DNA of 64,000 nt from Adineta vaga (lineage: Eukaryota; Animalia; Rotifera), in NCBI GenBank assembly GCA_021613535.1, contig CP075495.1:3162001-3226000 (forward strand). The letters run 5' to 3'. The translations under genes and the position numbers were made by a program. The stretch's first letter is position 1. Each line of letters opens with the position of its first letter. Under the pieces are notes generated by a model. That model was given only the letters and a program-made list of their open reading frames with translations, was not told the origin of the DNA and did not search any database. Shown here piece after piece: positions 14,751-29,362 of the stretch.

Positions 14751-17700
14751 TTAGCGATTGTAACTACCCGGTGGCACTGTATCTAAACCCTGTTGTTGTT
14801 GTGGAGGCGCTTGTTGTGCTTGTTGAAAATAAGCAGGATCGTATGGATGTACATATGCAGCTTGTTGTGGTAGTCCCGGTTGTGACGGATCAAACATCAT
14901 ACCATATGCACCTAGTTGAGGAGGCATATTAGTTTGAGGCGATGAAACTTGGGCTTGAGCAGGATACCAAGCTTGTGGTGGTCCATATGCATATGTCGTT
15001 GATACATTGCCACTTAATGCATATTGTGGTGTCATTGCAGGACCACCATTATTGACGCCATTGGGACCTACTGGTCCCGATGTTGATGCTGATCGACCAA
15101 TACTACCACCTCCACCAGGATTCGGTGCCCCTGTAGGTGGTGGTGCTTGAGATACGACATTTTGTCCACCAACATAACCTCGTTGTTGTTCATTTTGTTG
15201 TTGCTGTTGTTGTTGATGAGGAGGTGAACGAGTTAATTGCCAATTAGTATTCACACCACCTGATGCTGCTGATGGATATACTCCATATATACGTGGATCT
15301 TTCAAAGTTAAGACAGAATAGATAAAATTCAAAAAAGGAAAGGTTTTTATGTCGGTTATATACCTGAATATAATCCTTGATAGTAAATGGGAGGAACTGG
15401 TGTTGTAGGTCCCGCTGATGAAGGAGCTGATGAGATCATGATGTTTTGTGGTGGACCAACACCAGTAGCTTGAATCATACCGGGTGTATTGATCGGATAA
15501 AAGAATTGGTGTTGCATTGACGATGGAGTTGTTTCTAAAAGATTCAAAACGAGAAAAAGAAGTTAACTTTTCAAGAATATTCAAAAAAATTCAAGTATCA
15601 TACGTTGTGATGGAAATTCAGATTGATAATATCGAAGTGATTGGGCCGGAAAAACCATTTGTTGAGCACTAGCTACTTGTTGTTGTTGTTGAGAAATATT
15701 TGGTTGTTCATTACCTTGCACAGATACGACAGCTAAAAACACGATGCGAATTATATTTTGTTTCTTTGTTAATTTTTCGCATCAATTCAATTACCTTTCT
15801 TCGGGCCAACATTCGTATTACCACTATTTCCACTATGTGTCTGATTATTATTAGTCTTATATGCAGGACCAGAACTACCGTTTGGTGTTGTCATTCCACC
15901 GGGACCTACATTATTTGTATTAGGTCCATTACCAGTAAGTTGTTGTGCAGTTGGTGGCATCATTGGTGCGCCCATCATTCCAGCATTCATCTGTTGCTGT
16001 GCAGCACCAACAAATGGTGACATATTCGTGTATGGTGCTGGATAATATGGTGAATATAGAGCAGCTGCATTTTGAGCATGTGTTTGTGGCATCATTGAAG
16101 GTTGTTGTGTTTGATTTTGTGGAATTTGTTGTTGTTGTTGGTGCTGCTGCTGCTGTTGTTGTTGTTGTTGTAAAAGATGAAGAGCTTGAGGATTAGGATG
16201 TGATATAAATGGTGCCATTGGTAAAGTATTTGTTGATGCTCCACGAGACTCTGGTCGAGAATTACTTTCCCGCTAAAAAAGAAAACAATATTATTTATTG
16301 TTATGTGTATGTAGATATATATATTGTTAATTATTACCGTAAAAACAGGAACAAATTCATCTGCTTCTGGATTTAGACCTGAATTTGCTTTCGAATTACC
16401 AGGTGCTCTACAATTATTTGAAAAAAAGATTTGATCTATCACTCTTTCCTTTTTTTTCTATAAAACATTTTGAACATACGTTGTTTGTTGTGCATAAACA
16501 GGTGGATTTGCCATATGTATATTTGGGTCTGTTTGATTAGAATTAATCGGTTCATGACTAGATGAATGATCGTCTGAATTCGGAAGTGCTAATGGAGATG
16601 GAACATTATTAGAAGACGAAGACGATTGTAAATGTTGTTGTTGTTGTTGTTGTTGTGGTGGTGGTGGTTGTTGTTTCATCTGTTGAGTGTGTAAATGTGA
16701 TGGACGACTCAGTGGAACTGTATTTGATTGATGATTATTTGAAGAATTTTGTTGTTGATTGCGTTGTTGTTTTGGTTGATCATTATCTTCATTTGTTGAT
16801 TGCTGTTCATCTATAATGAAAAGTAAAGCAGATTTAGAAAATAATCATTGAAATTGAATGTAATTATCTTACTGCGTGTTTGTTTTTTGATCATTTTATT
16901 ATTTGATTGTTGCTGATAATTGCTCGATCCACCAGTTGGATTTGTTTGATATGAAGACGTTCCTGGTGGTGGTGGTGATGATGATGCTGCAGTTGAATTA
17001 TTTCGAGACGATGAACTACCAGTATAAGGTGCTGGAGAATTTCTTCCAATCAATGAACGATTATTTGCTGAATAAACTCCACGTGCTGGAAGTGTTGTTG
17101 ATGGACTTGTTGGTCCTGAATTTTGTCCTTGTGAAAAACTACCACTATGAATTCTTTGACCACGTGTTGTTTCATCGTTATTAACTTGTAATGGTGAATC
17201 ACGTCCCTCATGTGGTGAACGATTATCATTGAAACGATTATTACGTAATTTATACGATTGTTGACGATTATTTGGTGTCTGTTCAGATGAACGCGATGTC
17301 GTATATTGTGTTTGTTCCGAGCGCTGATTTTGTTTCGGATTATTCGTTGAATAATTATTCGGTCCACCTCGTCGATTATTTCCACCACCTCGTTGGTCAC
17401 GCCAATTACCACGTCTAAGATTGTCATGAAACAAGAATTAGATACGCAGAAATGGAAACGAAAAAGAAAATGACTTACTTTGAATTATATTCTGTATCAA
17501 GACGAAAGTCTGATCGACGCTCATTTGGATGTAAACGTGATGATTGATTTGATTTTGGATTACTATTTCCATCATCATTATTATGGGTGACATTAAATTC
17601 TGATGGACGTTTAACACCTGAAAAGAAAATAATAGATCATCGATTCGATTTTGATTCAAGAAAAATAATTTCATTACCTGCATCATCTTCATCAATATCT

Positions 17701-19017
17701 TCAGTACGAATTCCTCGTTCAATTTCCATCGCTTTCTTGTCTATATCAGCTGACTCTTCAGCTGTCATTTGACGAATAGGTATGTTTCTATACGACGACA
17801 AGAAAACAAAATCAAATAATCAGCATGAAGAACAGGTAAACAAAATGAGAGAAAATAAAAAGATACATACGTATATTTAGTTTCATCATAGTCAGTTGTT
17901 GTATTAAATTTTTCTCGATTCGTATGAAACATGTCTTCTGGATCATATCCAGCCTTTGATAAACAAATATTATTGATTATTTCTCATAAGAAAATTTCTT
18001 TTCCTACTTTTCCATCTTCACCAAGATCAAGATCTTCTAATGTACTGGGATCAGTTTCATCGGCATCATAAAAATGTTGCATACGATTAAAACGTTCATC
18101 TTCTAATTGAGAGATTTTCGGAGTTTCTTCGAGCATACCTAAATGCAAGCATATATGTATATATATACGTAGACGAGAATGACAATAATGAGTTTTTCAT
18201 CACTTACATTTGCCATTACCAGATAGATCGACATCAATAGCAATAATTTCCACAATATTTGATGCTTGTATCATACGTTTTTGTAATTCAAATGTTTGAA
18301 ATGAACTATTAACTGTCTCAAAAAGATCTATGAGTGCTGTTGATAATGTCATAATGTCAGAATTATTATTATCTAATCGATGAGATGATATAAGAGAAAC
18401 ATCACCATTTGCAGAAATTGTTTCTAATATTCCATGAAAACGTTCTTGTTCATTCGTTTGAACAATCACTGGTTGACCCTAGCAAAAAAATCGACGATCC
18501 TTAAATTTCTATTCGAATGCAACAAAATAATCATCATACTAATAAACCAATTGTGAATGCATGAATAAATCGAGGATTTCGATGTACACCGTCGAGCTAA
18601 AAACAAAGATTCATATTTACTTTCATAGTTATTTATAAAGTTAAGACATACTTGTGAAGCATTCTTCATCAAAACTGATCGTTGTAGATTCGAATCCGAT
18701 CTAAATATAGGGATGATGTTTTTTTTGTTAAAGTATAAATATCAAACAATGAATAAAATTAAAAACTAGCCAATAGCAAATCATTAATCCTCAACTAAAT
18801 ATCTATCTACATTTCGTTTTCATTTCATTTTACCGTCTAAACTAAATAAAATTGATGAAGTAAACATATTTTTCGAAAAGAAAGGAAGAAGAATTGGTTA
18901 TATTTACTCGGATGTAACTGTTGAATCATTCATATCATAAGAATTGCTTGAACCATTCGTATGATGTGTTGATTTATTCGTAATTGTTGTTCGTGGAGCA
19001 GTTCGTGTTGATGACAT
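14751..19017 (-). CDS. ATXN2: Ataxin-2 homologue (LSm, LsmAD, PAM2, Q/P-rich tail); multi-exon
   Basis: LSm-like exon (IVQTNEQERFHGILETIS); LsmAD-like YDPEDMFHTNREKFNTTTDYDE; PAM2 motif SGLNPEADEFVP near 16345-16385; polyQ tracts. Start ATG (reverse strand) at 19017 is inferred. Confidence 0.85.
16126..16171 (-). repeat. CAA/CAG polyQ tract in ataxin-2
   Basis: Reverse strand encodes QQQQQQQQQHQQQQQ; a second QQPPPPQQQQQQQ tract lies near 16635-16675. Confidence 0.85.
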
Positions 19018-19693
19018 CGTTCATAAATAAAAGATTGCTTGTTATTTTGACAAAAGAGAAAAGCAAAGAATTAAAAGAATAAATAAATCTGCGCGATTGG
19101 CCGTATTCACAAACACATATGTCTGTTCAATCAATCCCAAAAAAAAATGAACGAAACGAGACGTTGAATTCCACGTACACACACACACGCGGAGAAAAAC
19201 AGACACGTCAAGTGACGGTATGTATTAATTCTAGGAAAAAAAAACGTAAAGTAAAAGAATGAAAGAGGAAAAAAAAGTAAACATTCATCTTGTCTTGTCA
19301 ATCTGAATATCAAATAAAAAATATATGGATGTAAGCCAAGAAGAAAAGAAAACAAAAATTTCGGATGATAATTTTTCAACCATTTTGTTTTGTACACAAT
19401 TTAACGTTGATTCTAGCGAATTGAATAGAGATGTAAGGAAAATTTTGTTTGAAAATTTTTTATCTTTTTTTACGAAAATTTCAAGAAAACAAATCGTCCA
19501 AATTGTTTTTAATTAGTATTAACTATGGCGCCAGAATCGATGGGAATATTTTCATTGTTAGTAGTGTCCTCTATCTATCAGCAAATTGCACATAAAAGTA
19601 TCCTTCATTTTTTTCTCCATATGACAAGGGCTTGTTACTGTACAGAGAGAAAAGAAAACGTTTCCCATTGATTCAAACATGTAATCAATAAGA

Positions 19694-21605
19694 ATGGCTT
19701 CATCTTTATCAAAACGACGAAATTATTTTTCTTCATCTCGAACTCGAATGTTATTAGATGATGATCATGAAAATCTCGTACATCGAGCAATACCGAAACA
19801 TAATTTAGTATGTTGGTTACGTGATCGTGAACTTGGATATCGGAAATCTCGTATTAATCGTACAATTGCACGACGTACAAGTGTCTATCGTGCAATTCAT
19901 CCATCCTATTCAATTTTAATGTGTACAGTACCACAAGCTGTATATATAAGAAGATTTTCACCAAATGGACAATTTCTACTTGCTTTTTCACATGATCTCG
20001 AATCGTTAATTGTCTATAAATATAGAGGTAAGGATCATTTTCTATGATAATTTAGAAACATAGACACAGCGGTTTCGTACTGAATTACCTTCCAATGGAT
20101 AGAAGTTTTCTTTTTCTCATCTTTCATAAGGCAATGTAATTGCATCATCATTTTCTCTTATGACAGATGCTTTTATATTGTGTTAATATAATTGCAATCA
20201 AATATCGAAAGCGTAATTTTGTCTTCTAAAGAAATTCTTTATTCTTTGTCAATGTGATTGAATAATAATTTATTGAACCATGAAAATCCTTGTTTTATCG
20301 AAAGGTCATTCGGTAGAACAAATATTTCAAGACTGTTACTAATTTCTGTTCGAATCGATGCTTTAATTCCAAAGCAATTCTTTGATTAATTAAAACTTTT
20401 TAATCTGTAAATTGCTTTAAAATTGATATAAATAGAATTTTCCTATTCTTCTTCTCCTCCGCAGTGATGACGACGTTTTCTCTTTTCAAGGTTATTTCTG
20501 TCTTGTCACATTCTTCTTTTTTCTTTTTGATTCAATATTTTAATTCAAAAAATTTTTTATTTAGGATTTGAACGTATCTATCCGAATCTATTGCATTGTT
20601 CTTCATCAACAAACTATACTCGATTAGATGAAAATGGTGATAATATTCGTCAGAATACATCGGAAACAATCAATTGTGAAAAATTACGTGATCATGCTTT
20701 CAATGAAATTTTTGACCATCATATTACGATTCAAATACGTTCATCATCGATGGGTTATTCATTAAATCGTAATCATATCTATTGTTTATTTTCACGTGAT
20801 CAATATGCAATAATATGTGCATCAAAATTAGTTAATGAACAACAACATCCACCTTATAATCAATTAGTACAATCGAATGAAGATCTTAATCCATTATCTC
20901 GATTTTATTTTGAACATTTTTTAATCTTTCTTATTGATTATTCACGTGGTGTTATATGTCAACAATTAGAATTTCAATTTGATCGAATTGGTCTCACAAT
21001 ATATAAATCAACATTAGCAATACTTTCAATTCAACATCAAAAATTACATTTATATCATATTGATGAAAAAAATGGTAAACTTATTGAACTGTTAACTGTA
21101 GGCAAATTTGCACAAACTGAAGAAGAATTTCTCTATAAATATAGTTTACCGAAACATTTATTAAATATGTCACCACGTTTATTAAATAAGAAGAATTTTA
21201 AACGAAATACATCTTCAATGTTTGATAAATGGGATGATAGTGAACCCGGTAGTCAACAAAGAAAACGTCTTCGTGATCATTTTAGTGATTATCAGAACAG
21301 TGAATCTTCATCAAGACGTCGTCGAAGTTCATTTGTTCGCGAAGAACTTCATCGACCATTTACTCCACCTTCAACCCGAAGTCGAACACATCAAGATGAA
21401 CAACAAACAAATTTCGCAGGAGAAACGCATGATTTGCCAACAAATTTAGCTCATTCAATATTTCAACGTGATCATCGAACAAATAATTCAACAACACATT
21501 CAACGAATGCAAGAGCATCAGGTAAAATATTTTTTGAAGAATAGTCTTCTTTTGATATTTTTCTTATGCTTTAGATTATGATCATGATATGTCAGCACTA
21601 ACTGA

Positions 21606-21638
<33 letters not shown>

Positions 21639-22728
21639 CAACGATGGAGAGGAGGACGATCAGAATTCTAATCAACCGATAAACTTAAATCGAATTGAAA
21701 CTGCAACTGATCGAGTTGTAAGTGATTCTCATCATGATTATTGGTCATTAGTACAAAATCAAACACTTTTACCAATGAATGATCGACAATTATGTACATT
21801 AAAACAACGTCTATTAACCTATCTCTATAAACGTGCTAAACAAAGTAATAAACAATTACGTTTCATTCATTCGTTCAATGATTATTTAGCAAGTAAATTT
21901 TATAAAGTACAATTTTTAACTAATCATATTATTCTTTTAAAATTTGCTCATGAAACAATTGTAAATAAACGTCAACAAGAACAACAAATGCATTATGCAC
22001 TTTTCGTTGTTTATAATATTCAAACATCAACGATACTGAATATTTATGATGAATCATCACTTGAATTAGCACAAATTTTCGAAAAATATAATGATGATTT
22101 TCGTTATTCATCATCTCATGGATTAATTAGTTATCGAAATTTAGAATTCTTTCCCTTATCAACATATGCTGGTCGTCGTCAATTTGAACATATGTATTAT
22201 CATTCAACTGCAACCGGTGATTCCGATTCAATAAAACGTTTATTAATGCAATTACCATTACGTACAATAACGCATACGATTTCTCCTTATTTAGATTTAA
22301 ATTTATATTCGTATGATGATAAAATTGTTCATATTGATGATATGATTAAAACATGTCCAAATAATCCTGTTCGATTCTTTTCACGTGATTGTCAACGAAT
22401 GAAATTTCAATTAACATTGACAAATCGTTCGATTATTGTACCACAATTTATTGCAACAACAGATAATTCTACAACAACAACAACAATTGTCACACCTACA
22501 ATTACAAATAATAATAATAATAATAATAATCCAACAACAACTACTACAGCAACAACAACAACGGCAAATTCTTTATTTTTTCCTAATACTTTATCTTCAA
22601 ATCGTCGAACAACTTTAGCAACACTTTGGCATCCAATTGAACCATTTTGTATTACAATTCAACGTTGGCCAAGAGATCTTGATAATATCCATAATTTTCA
22701 TTTATATCGTCCACCAAATCTACGATGA
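19694..22728 (+). CDS. DET1: De-etiolated 1 homologue (CUL4-DDB1 associated); exons 19694-20027, 20565-21521, 21575-22728
   Basis: NLVCWLRDRELG, RRFSPNGQFLLAFS, LAILSIQHQ, LKQRLLTYLY, SPYLDLNLYSYDDK and HPIEPFCITIQR match DET1-family blocks. Confidence 0.88.
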
Positions 22729-23010
22729 CTTTAATTCCATTTCTTTTTACTCTCTATGAGAGTTTCTTTTTCTTCTCCTTCTTTCATTTCGCTTTTTCTT
22801 CTTTATTGTATCTGTATGTATAAAATAAGAATAATTTTTTTCTTCTGTTATTATTGAAGATTCGAGGAAAAGACAATGTTTTTTTTTCATGTTCGATTCA
22901 CTTTGATTGAATATTTTCTTATAAAGATTAAGTTGTATATCATGAAATTCATTTCAGATAGATAATAGTATCGATTGAGTTGACATTTGTTGAACATAAA
23001 TATTCATCAA

Positions 23011-23427
23011 ATGATTGTTGATAGAACACCTTCAGACACTCAAAAACCAGCTCCTTGTTTTGCTTGTCATATTTTGGGAATATCATCATCAGCAGCACTT
23101 GGTGCTTATATGTTCTATCAAGCAAAAAAAGCTAACACGTCAACACATCGTTTTACTTGTTCACTCTTTGGATTAGGTATACATTCATAGCAATATTCTT
23201 ACTGAAAAACAAAAGAAGAGAGAGAGAGAGCAGACTATTTTATCTGTGTATTTTTCTTTTAGGATTTTTAATATTTGCTTCTCATCGTGTTTCATCTCTA
23301 TTCAAAGATATGTGAGTAATTCTTAAATAAGAATATAAACTTCATCTGCTTATTTATTCGAATTAGATCCCAACAAAGAATTGCCTCAAATGGACGAATG
23401 AAACGAAGTTTTGAAGAACGACGATAA
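23011..23427 (+). CDS. Small membrane protein of DMAC1/DUF4536 type; three short exons
   Basis: CFACHILGISSSAALGAYMFYQAKK is a CxxC followed by a hydrophobic helix, as in DMAC1 (recalled). GT-AG introns join GFLIFASHRVSSLFKD and a last exon ending ...FEERR-TAA at 23425-23427. Confidence 0.6.
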
Positions 23428-23605
23428 TGCATCGTAAAGAACAGTCATTTTTGCCTTCCTTTTTTGTTTATTTTTTGATAAGAATAGTATGGTTGCATTG
23501 CTAAATCTACCGATATATTCTCTAATAAATATACAATAGAATAGAATATTTTGATATTTCAATTGATCATATGTATTGTATTTACTTAGATATCGACGAA
23601 GAAAT

Positions 23606-26600
23606 ATGCTAGGCGATGATATTAATCAACAATTAGAATATCAAGCACAGCGACGATTTCGATCAGATGAACCTGTAAGTAGTGTTTATCTGCGAAAAAG
23701 TCCTTTTTTTTATGGAATTTTGTTTTTGAATGTATCAATAGAGTTTACAAACAGATGATGTTCTAGAACCAATCTTTATAAAAAATGAACTTCCGTGGCG
23801 GTATAGTTTTATCTTTGATACATGATTTTTATTAATGCAATTCAAATCATATTTAGATTTGAGAGAAATACGAAAATTATTCATTTGGTGGTATCAAATA
23901 ATGTTTTTATTTTACATCTAAATGACAAAACATTACAACGACGTTGTCCGGATGAAGTTCCAAAGGATGCTAAAATAACTTCAAGCTATCAAGGTATTTT
24001 TAATCATCATCATCATCATTATCTAAATGTTGTCTCTTGAAAACCTAGATGCACAAATTCCTGATGTTATTAGTAAAGTATTTCTTGATCCATATGGTCG
24101 TATAGTACTTGTATCAACACGTGATAAACGTGAAATATATGTTCTTTTATCTTCGCCAAATTCATTAAAATTAATAAAAAAACCAATTCGATTAGGTAAT
24201 AATTCATCGTTTACTCTCGTGTCTGTTACTTGGTGCAATCGATTTTTACAAACTCAAAATGATGTTGTTGCTCTTCTTGCTGGTCAAGATGGCCGTATTT
24301 TTGAAGTCTTAATTCGAGCTGATGGAGAAGTATTATTTTCCAATGAAGTATTTCCCACTTTTAAATCTATTATGGATTCAATTGGCGATTCTGTCACAGG
24401 CATTTATTGTGATGTTAAATCTGCTTATGAAGATAATACCAATGTATTTGTTGTTATAACAACACAAAAGTAAATGAATTTTATTGATGAAGAAAATAGA
24501 ACGATTTTTTCCTTTTCTTTTCAAAGAGCTTTGTATTATTTTGAACATCAAATTGATCCATCACGTAAATCTGATTATTTCACATCATTCTTCGCCTTCT
24601 TTCGTGATGCTTCATTGCCAGACTTGAAATATCGTGAATTTCCTGGAGGTAATGCTCAAAGTGAAATTCAACTATTTGTAAAACGAAAATCATCGACAAC
24701 ACAATTGTTAAATAGACAATTTGCATGGATTACTGGTGCTGGACTTTTCTATACTGAAATTGATCCTATTAATGTACAAAAATCTTTTCTCGAACGTAGT
24801 CGAATTATTTATTATAATATCGGTAAAATTGTCAATGAAAATGATGAAGAAAAACCACCGAAATCTGTCGCATTAACAGAATTTCATTGTTTAATGATGT
24901 TTCCAAATGAAAATCAAATACGTGCTGTATGTACGGTCAACGAGAAAATTGTTATGATTGATGGTTCAATGGCTGTATGTTTGAAAAGTTGTATACAAAA
25001 TTTTCATGAGTACATTTGAAATTTATTTTAGAGTGGTAGTCCAGTTTGTTATGCACGTGATCAAATGCGTGATCAATTATGGGCATGTACTGATGAGCAT
25101 GTTCTTCGTTATACTATCAAAGATGAACGTCGCGATGTGTGGCGTGTATTTATGCAGAAGAATGATTTTCAGAAAGCTTATGAAACATGTGCTATAGTAT
25201 GTTGAATATTTGCTTTTTGTTTACATTAATAAAACAATCATATTCATTTTAGATCGATGATCCGGTGGAAACAGCACGAAGACAACGTTCTATAAATTCA
25301 CGACATGCTGATCATTTATTTAATGAAAAAAAGTATGAAACATCTCCTTCACATTCAATAATTACTATATTTGTTTTCAGATATTCATTGTGTGCTAGTA
25401 TTTATGCTACATCGGATACATCGTTTGAAGATGTTACATTGAAATTCTTTGTTTTGAGAGATAAAGAACCACTTCGAGAATATCTTCAAGCTGTTTTACA
25501 AAATCTCAAACCATCTTCGGTAAGAAAAACAAGGAAGAAAACGAAACTCTTCTATTGTTTGTTCTATAGGATAGTACTCAAATCACTATTTTAACTCTAT
25601 GGTTAACCGATTTATTTTTAAATGAACTTGATGAATTACGTCAAACTGATTCGACAACAGCAATGAACCGACGAAAAACGACATCGAAAATGAACATTGA
25701 ATCGTCATTGAATCTTCAACCAGATGAAGAAATTCTCGATGAAAAAGGCCGTAAAGATAGATTCGATGAAATTCGTCGAAAATTTCAATATTTTCTACGT
25801 AAACCAGAAATTCAAACATGTCTTAAAGAACATCGTTCAGCTATGTATGATCTTCTTACAAGTCATGGTGATTTAGATGATTTAATTCTATTTGCTGAAC
25901 ATGTTCAAGATTATGAACGAGTTATTTTACTCTATCTTGAACGTGAAGATTATGAAAAAGCATTGAAAACACTTGAACCATTAGTAATTAGTTTGATTTT
26001 TCTTTCTTTCAATGTAAATTTCATTTTTTCATTTTAGAATAATTATCAACTTCTATATAAATATTCTCCAACATTAATCGAAAAACTACCTGAACAACTA
26101 TTGACAGTTTGGAAAAAGAAATATAATAATGATCGTTTTGAAGCTAAAGAATTATTACCAGCAATGATTGCATATTCACGAGCATTTCCAACAGTAATAT
26201 TAAATCATCAAAATTCATTTCCTAAATCATATTTTGACTTTTTTAGGGCAAAGCTGTATTAGAATTTCTAAAATTTTGTCTAGCAAGAGGATGTATTGAT
26301 AAATCAATTCATAATTATTTACTTTCGGAATATGTTAAATTTGATACAAGTCAAATTATGCCATATTTAACACTTCAAAAAGAAGTAAGTTAAAAAATAC
26401 TTCTAAAATCTTTGTAATATATTATCAACGCGCATTAGGATCCTTTGGCAATAACATATGATCCAAGATTTGCATTACGTCTTTGTATTGATCATGATTT
26501 GAAAGAAGAAAGCGTCTTTTTATATCGTCTATTGAATATGCATGAAGAAGCAGTTGATACAGCTCTGCAGGTTTGTGTTTATATTATATAATTCATCTGA

Positions 26601-27469
26601 GATGTAAATATTGAGAGATGATGTATTAAAGGTTAATGTGAAACTAGCAGAAGAATGTGCATCGACAGCACCGATTAATGATGAACGAACGAAAAAATTA
26701 TGGCTTAAAATTGGTAAGAACACGTAAAATAAGAGAAAATTTATGAATCTATATGATGATCATTGATGTTTTTCTTTCAGCTGGTTCTGTTATTACTCAA
26801 GGTCATGATCTTAATGAAGTTATGAAGATTCTTGAAGATTGTGGTAATGATTTACTTAAAATCGAAGATGTTCTTCCACTATTTCCTGATTTTGAAACGA
26901 TTGATCAATTCAAAAAACCCATTATTAATTCCTTAGAACATTACAATGAACGTTTAACTTTCCTTCGTAATGAAATGAACGATGCATCGAAATCAATTGA
27001 TGATATTCGTGAAGATCTAGCTAAATATCGTACTCGATGTGTTGCAACCATTGATTCGAATGAATTATGTTCATTATGTGAACAACCATTAATGTTACAA
27101 TCAATCTTTTATATATTTGCTTGTGGACATTATTTTCATGGTGATTGTCTATTTACTTATGTTCGACGTTTAATGAAACGAAAAGATGAACGTACATTAG
27201 ATGATATAAGTTCTTCACAAACATCGAATCAAACGACTGAATCAATAAATAAAAAGAGTCCAAGTAAAATTTCGACAAAAACAGCATTACAAAATGACAT
27301 CGATAGAGTCAATAATTTACAAACGATCATAGCTAGTGGTATGGCACCACCATCACGTGATATGGAAAGTGTTCAACAAGAACTCGATGATCTCGTTGCT
27401 TCACAATGTATCTTATGTGGTGAAACAGCTGTCGATCATCTTGATCAACCATTAGAAACGTTTTTATAA
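23606..27469 (+). CDS. VPS18: Vacuolar protein sorting 18 (HOPS/CORVET subunit); multi-exon
   Basis: KVFLDPYG, FAWITGAG, SVALTEFH, ERRDVWRVF, SFEDVTLKF, YDPRFALRLC, KKLWLKI, LLKIEDVLPLFPDF, and a C-terminal RING-H2 (CSLC..CGHYFHGDC..CILCGE). Confidence 0.93.
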
Positions 27470-29362
27470 TTTACTATTCTTTCATTCCTAGTCAGTGATT
27501 TCAATTGATTTTTGATTTTGATTATATACGATTTTTATACGAATAAATTCTGCATGATATTCCGTCGAAAAATCTATATGCAAAAGAAACTGATAAGTCA
27601 ATGAGTACAGTTAGCAATTTGTACAGATATCCAATGTTATCAACAAATGATAGTAAGGATATATTTAGATTCATGATTAATTTTGTACTAATCTTTTCAA
27701 ATATCTTCTTTTGAGTCTATTCTAATTGTTTGTTTTCTAAGTTCATTCATAATAAGACCTGACAATGAAGAACAGGATGACATTTCATTCTTAATTTCCT
27801 AGATAACAACTAATGAATATGATTTTCAAGTAGAATAATTTCATATTGGTACTTGAAAGATAAATGCAAATAATCATCTATCATATTTGGCAGTGAAAGA
27901 AAGTCTGATGAATACTTTATATATTACATTCTATATATATATATTTGTAAGTAATAAAAACTCGTCCGTAGTATGAAAGGAAACATGCATTGGAGTTATT
28001 TTCGTAGTTTTTAAGTTCAAAATTGTTAAAAGCAAACCATAACAACTATCGATTGTCATGTGGGCGATATAGAATGATGTTGACTGAGTTGTGATAATGA
28101 GAAAAGGTTAAAAATGAACTTGATAATTTCAAGGCTTGTACGTACCTGATTGATATCATTCATCTGTATGCAACGCCCAGATTGAATCATAAATAATAAT
28201 GACTGATTCATATGTATTTGATTAGCGAGTCGTTTTGAATATTGATGAAACTATTTCTATATACGTCTATTTACATAACTCAAATACTGATTTCTTTCGT
28301 TTTAATTCAGTATCCTGGGTAAAATATAAAAAGATTTTTTATGTATCAGGGAGAAATTTCGACAACTTTTCTAACCAAATAATTACTCGATAAGATAAAC
28401 AACTCGTTACAGTCGTGTTTTTTTATCTTGGTATGTAAATCAGATTGCAAAGAACCTTAGTTCTATTAAGATCAATGTTTCTTTGGGAATATGTATATCT
28501 ATATACATATAGTTTGAGAATGTACGGATCAACACGATGATAAATGATCGTACAAATCAAATCCGAATGACATGATTATCTCGAAGACTGTATGACTGAC
28601 AAAAAAGAAAATGAATGCACTTTTCTCTTTCTCGCAATTTATGGAGAAATAATCGAACTGATGAATGTTATTGAAAATCTTAAATACACATAAAATGTAA
28701 TTTTTTTCATTCACAAACGGTGAGTAAATAGTTAAGCGAAGAAAAATAAATCGAAAAAATTTGTTCGTTTTTCGTTTACTATTCGAACTTGAAAGGATTA
28801 CTCTCGATAATAAATGGAAACTATTTGTCAATAGAGTTCTCATTCCGGTAATTCGAACAGTCGATAGAGCATCAATTTCCATTTCTAGACTAGCACACAA
28901 GAGTGTACCATATGTGTATATATACATCCTAACATCCGTTTTTTTTCCTCCTTCTCAACGTCCTTTTCTTCCATATTCCTCATCTAACGGTCTTATTTGG
29001 CTTTTTTTTTCTTGCGTGTACTGTGCTGATTCTATCGTTCGTATTCACGAGCATTTTCTTCTTTCTCTCACTATGCCTGTGACAATGTTCTTCAAACGAC
29101 TACTGCTGAATCATTGATGATTGGTTAGACGAAAAAGAACAAAAGCTCTCTGACAATCATTATATGTTCTTCCGCGTAATACGCATTGAACATTCACTCT
29201 TTCTCTCACTCCTTTTTCCTCTTTTTTTCTTCCTTACTATGTTTGATAGATGTTAAGACATTTCTTCATTTTTTCCTTCTTTCTTTCTTTTTCTTGCTCA
29301 CTAGGATACTTCCTATGAACCTCAAAGAGTACGGAATTCAATGAAGTAAACAATAAATTAAT

